DNA of 64,000 nucleotides from Mobula hypostoma (taxonomy: Eukaryota), in the NCBI RefSeq assembly GCF_963921235.1, contig NC_086097.1, positions 16,740,001 through 16,804,000 of the forward strand, in the 5' to 3' direction. Positions 10,868 through 23,586 of the stretch are shown piece by piece. The translations under genes were made by a program, and so were the position numbers. Positions within the stretch are counted from its first letter, which is position 1. Each line of letters starts with the position of its first letter. The notes under the pieces were generated by a model, which did no database searches, was not told the DNA's origin, and worked only from the letters and a program-made list of their open reading frames with translations.

Positions 10868-13800
10868 ATATAGAACATAGAAATGTATAGCACATTACAG
10901 GCCCCTTGGCCCACAATATTGTGCTGACCATGTGACCTACTCCAGAAACTGCCTAGAATTACCCTACTGCATAGCCCTCTATTTTTCTAGGCTCCATGTA
11001 CTTATCTAAGAGTCTCTTAAAAAAACCTTATTGTATCTGCCTCCGCCACTGTCTCCGGTGGTGCACTCCATGCACCCACCACTCTCTGTGTGGAAAAACT
11101 TACCCCTGACAACGCCTCTGTATCTGTTTCCAAGCACCTTAAAACAATGCCCCCTCATGCTAGCCATTTCAGCCCTGGGAAAGAGCTTCTGACTATCCAC
11201 ATGATCAATGCCTCTCATCATCTTATACACCTCTGTCAGGTCACCTCTCATCCTCCGTCACTCCCAGGAGAAAAGGCCAAGTTCACTCAACCTATTCTCA
11301 TAAGGCACACTCTCCAATCCAGGCATCATCCTTGTAAATCTCCTCTGCACTCTTTCTATAGTATCCATATTCTTCCTGTAGTGAGGTGACCAGAAATGAA
11401 CACAGTACTCCGTGGGGTCTGACCAAGGTCATGTATAGCCGTCACTGCTCTTGAACTCAATCCCACAATTGATGAATGCCAGAACACCATATGCTTTCTT
11501 AGCAACTCTGTCAACCTTTGTGTGTCCTATAGGCAAGGACCCCAAAGTTTCTCTGATCCTCCACACTGCCAAGAGTCTTGTCATTAATATTATATTCTGT
11601 CTTCAAATTTGACCTACCAAACTGAACCACTTCACACTTACCTATGTTGAACTCCATCTGCCACTTGTCAGCCCAGTTCTGTATCCTATCGATGTCCTGC
11701 TGTAACTTTTGACAGCCTTCCAGACTATCCACAACACCGCCAACCTTTATGTCATCAGCAAACTTACTAACCACACTTCTACATCTTCATCCAGGTCATT
11801 TACAAAAATCGCAAAGAGGAGGGGTCCCAGAACAATTCCCTGCGGAACACCACTGGTTATTGACCTCCATGTAGAATACAAACTATCTACAACCACCTTC
11901 TATGGGCAAGCCAATTCTGGATCCACAAAGCAAGGTCTCCTTGGATCTCATGCCTCCTTACTTTCTGAATGAGCCTTGTATGGGCATCTTTATTAAATGC
12001 GTGATTGAAATCCATATACCCTGCATCCACTGCTCTATCAGTGTGTTGTTACACCCTCAAAGAATTCATTTAGGCTCGTAAGGCACAACCTGCTATTGGC
12101 AAAGCCATGCTGACTATGTCTAATCAGATGATGTCTCCAAATACTCATAAATCCTGCCTCGCAGGATCTTCTCCAACAACTTGTCCACCTCTGAAGTAAG
12201 ACTCACTGGTCTATGATTTCCTCAGTTATCTCTACTCCCTTTCTTGAACAAGGGAACAACATTTGCAACCTTCCAATCCTCCAATACTTCTCCCATCCCT
12301 ATTGATGATGCAAAGATCATCGCCAGAGGCTCAGCAATCTCCTCCCTTGCTTCCTACAGTAGCCTGGTGTATATCTCGTCTGGTCCCGACAACTTATCGA
12401 ACACTGCTTTTCAAATTCTCCAGCATATCCTCTTTCTTAATGCCTCTACACTCAAGCGTTTCAATTGTAGAATGTCTTGGGATTTTCCTTAATCTTGCTA
12501 GCAAAGGCCTTTCTGTGTCCCCCTCTGGCTCTCCTAATTTCATTCTTAAGCTCCTTCCTGGCAAGCTTGTAATTTTCTAGAATTCTATCATACCTAGTTT
12601 CTTGAACCTTTCTTCTTAGCTAGATTTAACACATCCTTTGTACACCATGGTCCTTTTACCCTACCTTCCTTTCCTTGCCTCAATGGAACATACCTGTGCA
12701 GAATACCATACAAGTATTCCCTGAACATTTGCCACATTTCTGCCACACATTTCCTTGAGAACATCTGCTCCCAAGTTCCTGCCTAATAGCATCATATTTC
12801 CCCCAACCCCAATTAAATGTTTTCCTAAATTGTCTGCTCCTATCCCAGCACTATGGTAAAGGAGATAAGAATTATGAGCACTACCTCCACAATGTTATCT
12901 CACCAAGAGATCTGACACCTGACCAGGTTCATTTCCTAATACCAGATCAAGTGCAGCCTCTCCTCTCATTCGCTTACCTACATATTGCGTCCTTCCTGAA
13001 CACACCTAACAAACTCCACCCCATCCAAACTCTTGCCCTAAGGAGGTGCCAGTCAATACCAGGAAAGTTTAAAATCTTCCATCACGGCAACCCCTTTGTT
13101 ATTGCACCATTCCAGAATCTGCCTCCCTATCTGCTTCTCGATGTCCCTGTTACTATTGGGAGGGTCTATATTTTTAAAAAACCCAGTCGACTTATTGCCC
13201 CCCTTCATGTTTCTGACTTCCACCCACACTGATTCAGTATACAATCCCTCCATACCTTCTTCCTTTTCTGCAGCCTTGACACTATCCCTGATTAGCAATG
13301 CCATGCCCCCACCACTTATGCCTCCCTCCCTGTCTTTTTTTTTGAAGCATCTAAAGCCCGGCATATTCAGCAGCCATTCCTGCTCCTGAGACATCCAAGT
13401 CTCTGTAATGACCATGATGTCATAGTACCACGTATTGATCCACACTCTTAAGTTCATCTGCTTTGTTTATGATTCCCTTTGCATTAAAATAGTCACATCT
13501 CAAACCATCAGGCTGAGTGCATCTTTGTTCTATCATTTGCCGATCCTTCCTCACAAACTCGCTACAAGCTGTCTCTACTTGTGCACCAACTGCCCCATCC
13601 TCTGTCTCTTCACTTCGGTTCCCACCCTCCTGCAAACCTAGTTTAAACCCTCCCCAAAAGCATTAGCAAACCTCCTCGCCAGGCTATTGGTCCCCCTTGG
13701 ATTCAAGTGCAACACGTCCTTTTTGTACAGGTCACACCTGCCCCAGTAGAGGTACCAACGATCTAGAAATCTGAATCTTTGCCCCCTGCTCCAATCCTTC

Positions 13801-14515
13801 AGTCACACATTTATCCATCACCTCATTCTATTCCTATACTCACTGTCACTTGGCACAGGCAGCAATCCTGAGATTACTACCCTATAAGTCCTGCTTCTCA
13901 GCTTCCTTCCTAACTCCCTGTATTCTGCTTTCAGGACCTCCTGTCTTTTTCTGCCTATGTCGTTGGTACCAATATGTACTACAACCTCTGGCTGCTCACT
14001 CTCCTATTTCAGGGTATTGTGGATGAGTTCAGAGATGTCACGACCCCTGGCAAGTGGGAAGCAAACTACCATTCATGTTTTTTTTTTCACGCCCAGACAA
14101 TCGCCTGTCTGTCCCCCTTACTATAAAATCCCTTATTAATGCTGCCATCCTCTTCCATTTCCTGTTCTTCTGAGCCACAGGGCTAGACTCAGTGTAGGAA
14201 AGATGGCCGCTGTTGCTCTCCCCAGGTAGGTTCCCCCCCACCCCCAAGAGCACTCAAAATGGAGTACATATTGTTAAAGGTGACAGCCACAGGGGTGCTC
14301 TCCACTACTTGACACTCTCCCTTCCCTCTCCTGACAGTCACCCACTTATCTGTCTCCTGTGACCCTGGTGTGACTACCTGCCCGTAGCTCCTATTGATCA
14401 CCTCCTCACTTTCCCTAACAAGCTGAAGGTCATCAAGCTGCAGCCCCAGTTTCCTAACTTGGTCTCAAAGAAGCTGCAGCTTGATGCACCTAGCACAGGT
14501 GTGGCCCTCGGAGGC
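10868..14515 (-). mobile_element. Near full-length degraded CR1 LINE
   Basis: Tail at ~10870 (atagaacatagaaa). RT with FADD (ORF 11511..11774), APE endonuclease ITETW (ORF 13053..13457), ORF1 esterase and Zn-finger HTCARCIKLQLL (14465-14515). Confidence 0.9.
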
Positions 14516-15119
14516 TGTTCTTACATTCTTTCTTATGGATGATTTAGGAAGACTTGTCATGTTCATAAAAACAATGCCAATGGAAGAAGGTTTATGGAGA
14601 AACGTGGATAAGGGTGGTGCATGGGAGGGTGGATGACAAGGTTGTAAAGGACACGGTTGTACCATTAACTAGAAATGTAAAGAAATGCAAATACTTGTGT
14701 TCATGAGTGATCTTCTACTTTTGGAGGATGTATTTCAGTTTTTTAATTTCCTTACCCAGTTACTTCCCATTTGTATTCTCTTTTAAATAATGGAGAGAAG
14801 ATTAGATGTGGATTGAAGATTTCACCAATGAACATTAGGAAGTGAATAGCCTCCATCAGAAGTAGCTTTGTTCTATATTTTCCTCTAGCCACTGTAGGAA
14901 ATTATTGTCTCCTCTCCACATAGCCCCATTACAAAACAGTTAAAATCAGTCTTTTTATCAAATGGAATAATATGGATGTAAACTGGTATTGAATACCTTC
15001 TTCTGCATGCTTTGCACATAGGCAGTAGTGGAACACATTTGAAATGGTTTAACTAAGATTGTGCAAACATCCAATAAATAGCACATCAGAACCTGATTAA
15101 TGTCTCATTTGTATTTCAG

Positions 15120-15300
15120 CTTGGCGCTCATGAAAATGAAGATTCTGATATTTTATTTAACAAAACCATTTCTTCAAATAAGACTACGTGCCTGGTTTTT
15201 CTTAACCTGACCTTGTGGAAAAGAGGTTGCTTTCGGGTATCTGTTATGTACTGGGATCAATTGATTGGTAACGGCGAGTTTGACATCATCATCCTTAGTG
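15120..15300 (+). CDS. AREL1: AREL1 coding exon 3 in window
   Basis: cag|CTT GGC...CTT AGT G|gtaagt. LGAHENEDSDILFNKTISSNKTTCLVFLNLTLWKRGCFRVSVMYWDQLIGNGEFDIIILS. 181 nt. Confidence 0.93.
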
Positions 15301-15437
15301 GTAAGTAGGGCATGAGGCCCATGTTATTACCTATGAAGTAGTTTTCCATTTTAGAGTTCATAGCAAACTATTGCCCGTGTCCAATGATCTATCTTCCAGA
15401 TTTAACTACTTTCCAGCCTTGTGTTCATCAAGGAACT

Positions 15438-15527
15438 CAAATGCTGAAGGAACTCTGCAGGTCAGGCAGTATCAAAGGAAAAGAGTAGACAGTTGACGTT
15501 TCTGGTTAAGACCCTTCATCAGAACTG
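15438..15527 (-). mobile_element. Penelope pseudo-LTR fragment with degenerate hammerhead core
   Basis: Minus strand CAGTT-CTGATGA-AGGGTCTTAACCA-GAAAC-GTC-AACTG (15527-15490), followed by gatactgcctgacctgcagagttccttcagcattt. Confidence 0.7.
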
Positions 15528-15963
15528 TATTCACCAGTCCTGTATCAGTGTTTGAAACCTTCGAATCACATTTTCATCCCTGCCATATTGCTTAATAGAC
15601 CATTTATCAAAGTCACAAATGACTGTGGTAAATCATCTTTCTTCATCAGTCTTGATCTGTTTGCAAAAGTTGCCATGGTTGACCATGCAATTTTCCTCCA
15701 ATGCCTTCTACTGTACATTCTTCTCACCCACTTTGTAATTTAAAACTAAATTGCTTTTTTTTTCTCATTCTTAATTTTGATAGAGGCTCTTCAACCTGAA
15801 ATGTTAACTTTGTTTCTCTTTCTAAATGCTGCTTAACCTACTGTTTCCAGCATTTTTATTTTGATATGGTTTGCTGAATTGTGTTATGTATTGCTTTATC
15901 TGAGTAACAATGTTTCTGTGCGAAGGTTACTTCTATTGATTACTTAACACTTTTTATTAACAG

Positions 15964-16217
15964 AACATGAGAAGAATGTTGTAGAAAGGAATGTATCAAC
16001 TCCAGGTAGCAGTGTTTATTTTGAGGCATACTTGTATAGCACAACAAATTATGCTCACTCACAGTGGCAATCATCACCAGTTGCACATGCCTCTGCGAGC
16101 CGACACCAGTCGACCACCATGGATGAGGAAGATGATGATAAAGATGGGGATCAGGAAAATCAGACAACCGAAAAAGTGAAGAAACCCAAAAAGGTTTACT
16201 GTTACATATCATCAAAG
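15964..16217 (+). CDS. AREL1: AREL1 coding exon 4 in window
   Basis: cag|AA CAT GAG...TCA AAG|gtagga. (E)HEKNVVERNVSTPGSSVYFEAYLY...DEEDDDKDGDQENQTTEKVKKPKKVYCYISSK. 254 nt. Confidence 0.95.
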
Positions 16218-16488
16218 GTAGGAAAAGATTGTAAAATGTGCCCTAAATTAGTATCATGATTAAGAATGGTTGATGGTTCACCTTCAACGTAATACTGTAG
16301 TTAGTCTTATAGTTGCTAATTTGAAAAGAAAACTTTTGTTATTCCAATTAGTGAACTGTCTTCCCCAAAACTCAACATTCTGCATTTTGTGCAGTATTTT
16401 TATTTTAATACTAATATTGTAAATATTTATTCTCTTAAACATAGTGCATTCAAACTTGCTAAACAAAGGGGGTAATAAGTTTCTTGTA

Positions 16489-18073
16489 CATTGGCATGCA
16501 AAAGTTTGGGCACCCCGGTCAAAACTTCTGTTACTGTGAATAGCTAAGGGAGTAAAAGATGACCTGATTTCCAAAAGGCATAAAGTTAAAGATGACACAT
16601 TTCTATAATATTTTAAGATTACTTTTTTATTTCCATCTTTTACTGTTTCAAAATAACAAAACAGGAAAAGGGCCCGGAGCGAAAGTTTGGGCACCCTGCA
16701 TGGTCAGTACTTAGTAACACCTCCTTTGGCAAGTATCACAGCTTGTAAACGGTTTCTGCAGCCAGCTAAGAGCCTTTCAATTCTTGTTTGGGGAATTTTC
16801 ACCCATTCTTCCTTGCAAAAAGCTTCTAGTTCTGTGAAATTCTTGGGCCACCTTGCATGCACTGCTCTTTTGAGGTCTATCCACAGATTTTCGATGATGT
16901 TTAGGTCGGGGGACTGTGAGGACCATGGCAAAACCTTCAACTTGTGCCTCGAGGTAGTTCTTTGTGGATTTTGAGGTGTGTTTGGTTCATTATCCTGTTG
17001 TAGAAGCCATCCTCTTTTCATCTTCAGCTTTTTTACAGACAGTGTGATGTTTGCTTCCAGAATTTGCTGGTATTTAATTGAATTCATTCTTCCCTCTACC
17101 AGTGATATGCTCCCCGTGCCACTGGCTGCAACACAAGCCCAAAGCATGATCGATCCACCCCCGTGCTTAACAGTTGGAGAGGTGTTCTTTTCATGAAATT
17201 TTGCACTCTTTTTTTCTCCAAACATACCTTTGCTCATTGCGGCCAAAAAGTTCTATTTTAACTTCATCAGTCCACAGGGCTTGTTTCCAAAATGCATCAG
17301 GCTTGTTTAGATGTTCCTTTGCAAACTTCTGACCCTGAATTTTGTGGTGAGCACACAGGAAAGGTTTTCTTCTGATGACTCTTCCATGAAGGTCATATTT
17401 GTGCAGGTTGCACAGTAGAACAGTGCACCACCACTCCAGAGTCTGCTAAATCTTCCTGAAGGTCTTTTGCAGTCAAACAGGAGTTTTGATTTGCCTTTCT
17501 AGCAATCCTATGAGCAGTTCTCTCAGAAACTTGACCTCCACCGTTCCTGTTAACAGCCATTTCTTAATTACATTACGAACTGAGAAAACGGCAACCTGAA
17601 AATGCTTTGCTATCTTCTTATAGCCTTCTCCTGCTTTGTGGGCATCATTTATTTTAATTTTCAGCATGCTAGGCAGCTGCTTAGAGGAGCCCATGGCTGC
17701 TGATTGTCGGGACAAGGTTTGAGGAGTCAGGGTATTTATAAAGTTTTGAAATTTGCATTACCTGGCCTTTTCTAATGATGACTGTGAACAAGCCATAGCC
17801 TTAACAGGCTAATTAAGGTCTGACACCTTGGTAAAAGTTATCAGAGAGCTCAAATCTCTTGGGGTGCCCAAACTTTTGCATGGTGCTCCTTTCCTTTTTT
17901 CACTCTAAAATTGTACAAAGCAAAAATAATAAACTAATCTTGCTTAAAATGTTGAAAAGAATGTATCATCTTTAACTTTATGACTTTTGGAGATCAGTTC
18001 ATCTTCTACTCTCTTAACTATTCACAGTAACAGAAATTTTGACCAGGGGTGCCCAAACTTTTGCATGCCACTA
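16489..18073 (-). mobile_element. Full-length Tc1-family DNA transposon with IR/DR arms and frameshifted transposase
   Basis: TA at 16487-88 and 18074-75. ~210-bp inverted arms, each with outer and inner AAAGTTTGGGCACCC. Transposase pieces: MGSSKQLP...GEGYKKIAK (17473..17715), WTDEVKIELFG (~17270), and VKHGGGSIMLW...QQDN...SPDLNIIENLW (16704..17246). Confidence 0.95.
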
Positions 18074-18109
18074 TAAGTGCTAAGAATTGTGCTTATCTCC
18101 CTAACAGGA

Positions 18110-20860
18110 TCAAAGTTCAAAGTAAATTTATTATCAAAGTTACATGTTCATCGCCACATACAACCCCGTGATTAATTTTCTTGTGTACATACTCAATAAA
18201 TCCATAATAGACTAATAGACAATAGGTGCAGGAGTAGGCCATTCGGCCCTTCGAGCCAGCACCACCATTCACTGTGATCATGGCTGATCATCCACAATCC
18301 GTACGCCATTCCTGCCTTCTCCCCATATCCCTTGACTCCGCTAACGTCAAGAGCTCTATCTAACTCTTTCTCGAAAGCATCCAGAGAATTGGCCTCCACT
18401 GCCTTCTGAGGCAGAGCATTCCACAGATCCACAACTCTCTGGGTGAAAAAGTTTTTCCTCAACTCTGTTCTCAATGGCCTACCCCTTATTCTCAAATTGT
18501 GGCCTCTGGTTCTGGACTCCCCCAACATCGGGAACATGTTTCCTGCCTCTAGCGTGTCCAATCCCTTAATAATCTTATATGTTTCAATCAGATCCCCTCT
18601 CATCCTTCTAAATTCCAGTGTATACAAGCCCAGTCACTCCAATCTTTCAATATATGACAGTCCCGCCATCCCAGGAATTAACCTTGTGAACCTCCGCTGC
18701 ACTCCCTCAATAGCAAGAATGTCTTTCCTCAAATTTGGAGACCAAAACTGTACACAATACTCCAGGTGTGGTCTCACCAGGGCCCTGTTCAACTGCAGAA
18801 GGACCTCTTTGCTCCTATACTCAACTCCCCTTGTTATGAAGGCCAACATGCCATTAGCTTTCTTCACTGCCTGCTGTACCTGCATGTTTACTTACAGTGA
18901 CTGATGAACAAAGACACCAAGATCTCATTGTACTTCCCCTTTTCCTAACTTGACACCATTCAAATAGTAATCTGCCTTCCTGTTCTTGCAACCAAAGTGG
19001 ATAACCTCACATTTATCCACACTAAACTGCATCTGCCATGCATCTGCCCACTCACCCAACCTGTCCAAGTCATCCTGCATTATCTCAACATCCTCTGCAC
19101 ATTTCACACTGCCACCCAGCTTTATGTCATCTGCAAATTTGCTAATGTTACTTTTAATCCCTTCATCTAAATCATTAATGTACATTGTAAATGGCTGCAG
19201 TCCCAGCACCAAGCCTTGTGGTACCCCACTAGTCACTGCCTGCCATTCTGAAAGGGACCCATTAATCCCTACTCTTTGTTTCCTGTCTGCCAACCAATTT
19301 ACGATCCATGTCAGTACCCTACCCCCAATACCATGTGCTCTAATTTTGCCCACTAATCTCCTATGTGGGACCTTATCAAAGGCTTTCTGAAAGTCCAGGT
19401 ACACTACATCCACTGGCTCTCCCTTGTCCATTTTCATAGTTACATCCTCAAAAAATTCCAGAAGATTAGTCAAGCATGATTTCCCCTTCATAATTCCATG
19501 CTGACTCGGACTGATCCTGTTACTGCTATCCAAATGTGCCGCTATTTCATCCTTTATAATTGACTCCAGCATCTTCCCCACCACTGATGTCAGGCTGACT
19601 GGTCTATAATTCCCTGTTTTCTCTCTCCCTCCTTTCTTAAAAAGTGGGATAACATTAGCTACCCTCCAGTCCTCAGGAACTGATCCTGAATCTATAGAAC
19701 ATTGGAGAATAATTACCAATGTGTCCATGATTTCGAAAGCCACCTCCTTAAGTACCCTGAGGTGCAGACCATCAGGCCCTAGGGATTTATCAGCCTTCAG
19801 TCCCATCAGTCTATCCAACACCATTTTCTGCCTAATGTGAATCTCCTTCAGTTCCTCCGTTACCCTAAGTCCTCCGGCCACTATTACATCTGGGAGATTG
19901 TTTGTGTCTTCCCTAGTGAAGACAGATCCAAAGTACCTGTTCAACTCGTCTGCCATTTCCTTGTTCCCCATAATAAATTCACCCGTTTCTGTCTTCGAGG
20001 GCCTAACTTTGGTCTTAACTAATTTTTTCCTCTTCACATACCTAAAGAAACTTTTCCTATCCTCCTTTATATTCTGGGCTAGCTTGCCTACTTATCTCAT
20101 CTTTTCTCTCCGCATTGCCATTTTAGTTATCCTCTGTTACTCTTTAAAAGTTTCCCAATCATCTGGTTTCCCACTCATTTTTGCTATGTTTGCTTCTTCT
20201 CTTTTATTTTTATACTATCCTTGACTTCCCTTGTCAGCCACGGTCGCCCCTTACTCCCCTTAGAATCTTTCTTCCTCTTTGGAATGAACTGATCCTGCAC
20301 CTTCTGTATTTTTTTGTTAATTCTGTTTTCTTTCTTAACTTTCCTTATTCTCTCTTTCCCTTTAACTCTATCCTTATATTTCCTCTCCTCCCCGCCCCCC
20401 CCCCCACTACTTAGTTTAAACACACCCGTCTAGCAGTGGCAAACCTGCCTGCCAGAATGCTGGTTCCCCGCCTGTTAAGGTGCAACCTGTCCTTTTTGTA
20501 CAATTCATCCTTGCCCCAAAACAGATCCCAGTGGTCTAAGAATCTAAATCCCTGCTTCCCGCACCAGCTCCTCAGCCACGCATTCATATCCCTTATCTCC
20601 CAGTTCCTGCCCTCACCAGCACGCGGAACTGGAAGCAAACTGGAGGTAACCACCCTGGAGGTCCTGCTTTTCATAATAGTATCCATGAAAGACGCACGAA
20701 CTTGGGCATTCAAGCAATGTAAGAAAGGCAACAAATTGTGCAAATACAAAAAGAAAGAATTAATAATAAATAGACAGTAAATATCAAGGACATGAGATGA
20801 AGAATCCTTGAAGATGAGTCCATAGGTTGTGGGAATATTTCAATGATGGGGCAAGTGAAG
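18110..20860 (-). mobile_element. Rex1-like LINE 3' fragment, split by the CR1 insertion at 18211-20671
   Basis: Starts caaagttcaaagtaaatttattatcaaag (tail) at 18110-18210 and resumes at 20672-20860. Same family as 32810-33325. Confidence 0.65.
18211..20671 (-). mobile_element. CR1 LINE with ORF1 end joined to ORF2 RT (endonuclease missing), 8-bp TSD
   Basis: RT ORFs 18925..20037, 18634..18885 and 18193..18627; esterase end in ORF 20411..20749 (FRFLDHWDLFWG...LHLNRRG). CATAATAG at 18203-18210 and 20672-20679. Confidence 0.9.
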
Positions 20861-20861
20861 T

Positions 20862-21600
20862 TCAAAGATTTCAAAGGTACATTTAATGTCAGAGAAATGT
20901 ACATCTTGAAATACTTTTTCTTCGCCACCATTCATGAAAATGGAGGAGTGACCCCTGAGAATGAATGGAAGTTAAATGTTAGAACCACACAACCCTCCTC
21001 AGCTCCCCCATCCCACGCGTAAGTAGCAGCAAAGCAACAATCCCCTCTTCCCAACCAGCAAAAAAAAGGCATTGTCACCCACCACTGAGCACTCGAAGTA
21101 TGCAGCAAACATCAGCAAAGATAGTCTACTCGTTCACCCAGTGTTTGACACATCACAGGCTCCCTCTCTCCCTAATAAGGGAGAAAGAGTGTCTCCATTT
21201 CACAGTGAGAGGGGAGACATAACAAACAACTTGCTGATTTATGATGTTAAAAGTCCATTGCATCGTTTTTTTTCTAACTCTGTGCCCAAAGAACTTGGGT
21301 TTCTGGGCACACAACCAGCAGCCAGCTCGCTACTTTCAATCTTCTGTCTCCCACGACACACTGGATTCCTGAAGAGACACTGACCTTCAATCCGCCCTCT
21401 GCAGAACCATGAGATCCCGGAACTCCGAAGGCGAGCTGATCTCCTAGGTTGCATCCTGGCATATTGAATAATGGCCAGTCGTGAAACCTCGAGAGCAGGT
21501 CCCATTCCCGCCAAGAACCGAAGTCAGCATGTACTTCCAGGTCAGGGTCTTCAAAAGAACCCTGAAAGGGAAAAATGGATATATTACAGATATTATCATT
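20862..21600 (-). mobile_element. Unclassified non-autonomous retroposon-like repeat
   Basis: Begins with a LINE-like tail (caaagatttcaaaggtacatttaatgtc = TGACATTAAA on the minus strand); relatively GC-rich body with no credible ORF. Confidence 0.4.
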
Positions 21601-21604
21601 TTCC

Positions 21605-22010
21605 AACGGTCCGATAATCTACTCTCACCACTCTTTTACGTTTTATGTGTCTGAAGAAACTTTTGGTATCCGCTTTAATATTATTGGCTAGCTTACTTTT
21701 CGTATTCCATCTTTACCTTAATGACTTTTTAGTTGCCTTATGTTGGTACTCAAAAGCTTCCCAATCCTCCAATTTCCAACTAATTTTTGCTCTATTATAT
21801 GCCTTCTCTTTAGCTTTTATGTTAGCTTTGACTTCCCTTGTTAGCCATGGTTGTGTCATCTTGCCTTTAGAATACTTCTTCTTCTTTGGGACGAATTGTT
21901 TCCCAAAATTCCAGCCATTGCTGCTCTGTCACTATTCCTGCCAGTGTCCTTTGCCAATCAATTCTGGCCAACTCCTCTCTCGTGCCTCTAATTCCCTTTA
22001 CTCCATTGGC
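21605..22010 (-). mobile_element. CR1 ORF2 internal fragment
   Basis: Homologous to 20020-20300 (ttgacttcccttgttagccatggttg vs ttgacttcccttgtcagccacggtcg). Confidence 0.75.
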
Positions 22011-22259
22011 TTGATCCCCCTCTTAGTGTTCAAGACTTCCTTACTTTTATGTTGCACCCAATTATAATAAGAGACAATATACACGCATTCCAAGTTGTTT
22101 TCTGTAACTCAGAGATCTTGTTAATGTTGGTTTATATCTCTAGTGCAAGGCTAAACATTAAACCATTTATACTTCATTATGCTCATTTGATATAAATGTT
22201 GCACCGTATCAGCTATCCGTATACCTAATTATTACGAATTATTTTCCCATTTTTGTTCT

Positions 22260-22475
22260 TAGTATTATTTATTTATTATTATTTGTCCTTTTTTTTTGTA
22301 TTTACTGTTTGTCTTCTGCACATTGGTTATTTTTATCTTTAGTCTTTCAGTGCAGTTTTTCATTGATTCTATTGTATTTCTTTGTTTTACTGTGAATGCC
22401 TGTAAGAAAATGTACCTCAGGGTAGTATATAGTGACATACATCTCATTTGATAAATTTACTTTGAACTTTGAACT
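22260..22475 (+). mobile_element. Rex1-like LINE 3' end
   Basis: Ends ctcagggtagtatat...tgataaatttactttgaactttgaacttt. Confidence 0.6.
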
Positions 22476-23586
22476 TTTTGTATTGTCAGCACATATAACT
22501 ATTCCTTTGAATACGAATAATCTTTCATGTAACAATTTTCTGACCCATTCTTGCTCTTAACATGGCTAATTTCATATCTCCCCCCCCCATTATACTCCAT
22601 GCCACCTTATTGACTAATAACTTAATATTTCAGTCTTTTTCTTCACCTCACTGATGGACCTTATATTGCTACCACACTTGGATATGTTATATCTGGTCTC
22701 CTGTCAAAGTAGTTGACTTGTCTAATGATTGTAGCTGGACTCCACCTTCCTGAAAATGTTTTGTTTCTACCTGATTCCTACTTTTGTCTATAAATTTGTA
22801 ACCTTTCAAGAAAATTAACTCAAACCATTGTCTAATAACTGACTATATGACACATTATATACTATTTCTGGAAAATTCAACTATGTTACATTTACTCAAA
22901 TCCCCCCTCCATTTACAATGCCAATAAGACTCATATGTGTCCAATTGTGATATCAAATAAATGTACATTTCATAAAGATGTGTTAACATGAATAAATCAT
23001 AATGTAATTTTCCATGTTTCCTGTAATCACATAGTTAATAATAAGTATTAACAGTTTCCAGACTACTGATGACAGGATTCTATTTAAAAACATTCCAGTT
23101 ATCTGGAGTCTTGGAGTAATTACCTGCTATGCATTCCATCTGACTTGTGTCTTGGACAGAAGACTATCTTCATGAATATTTGGCCACATAGAAAAGCATT
23201 ATACTGTGCTACCCTGTGAATTTAACAATGTGATTAGACTTGGCCACCTGGAGACCATTTCCTAGTAGCATTTTGCTTCTAGCATTAGGGTAATGGGAAG
23301 AACTGCATCTGTACAAATTCAAGTATTCTTGGACCTGAAATATTTTAAACAGCTGGGCACTAAACTACTGTTGCTATCGAGAGGCAAATTTAAGATGTTT
23401 ATGCACCTTGGCTCAAGTATGTATTCCCACTTCTGAGTCAGTAGGTCATGATTTTAGGCCCCAATCCATCAACTGAAGTGCATATACAAATAATGTGTGT
23501 ATTTTCCCATCTTCTGGAAAACTGATAATGCTTCCAGTGAGAATAAAAATTTACAAAATAAAGAGTGTGTTCTTAAATATACAATG

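Noticed and set aside
18443..19390. Long + strand ORFs opposite RT genes (also 50198-50710 and 3299-3649)
   Set aside because: They are antisense shadow frames of CR1 ORF2 that recur in each copy.
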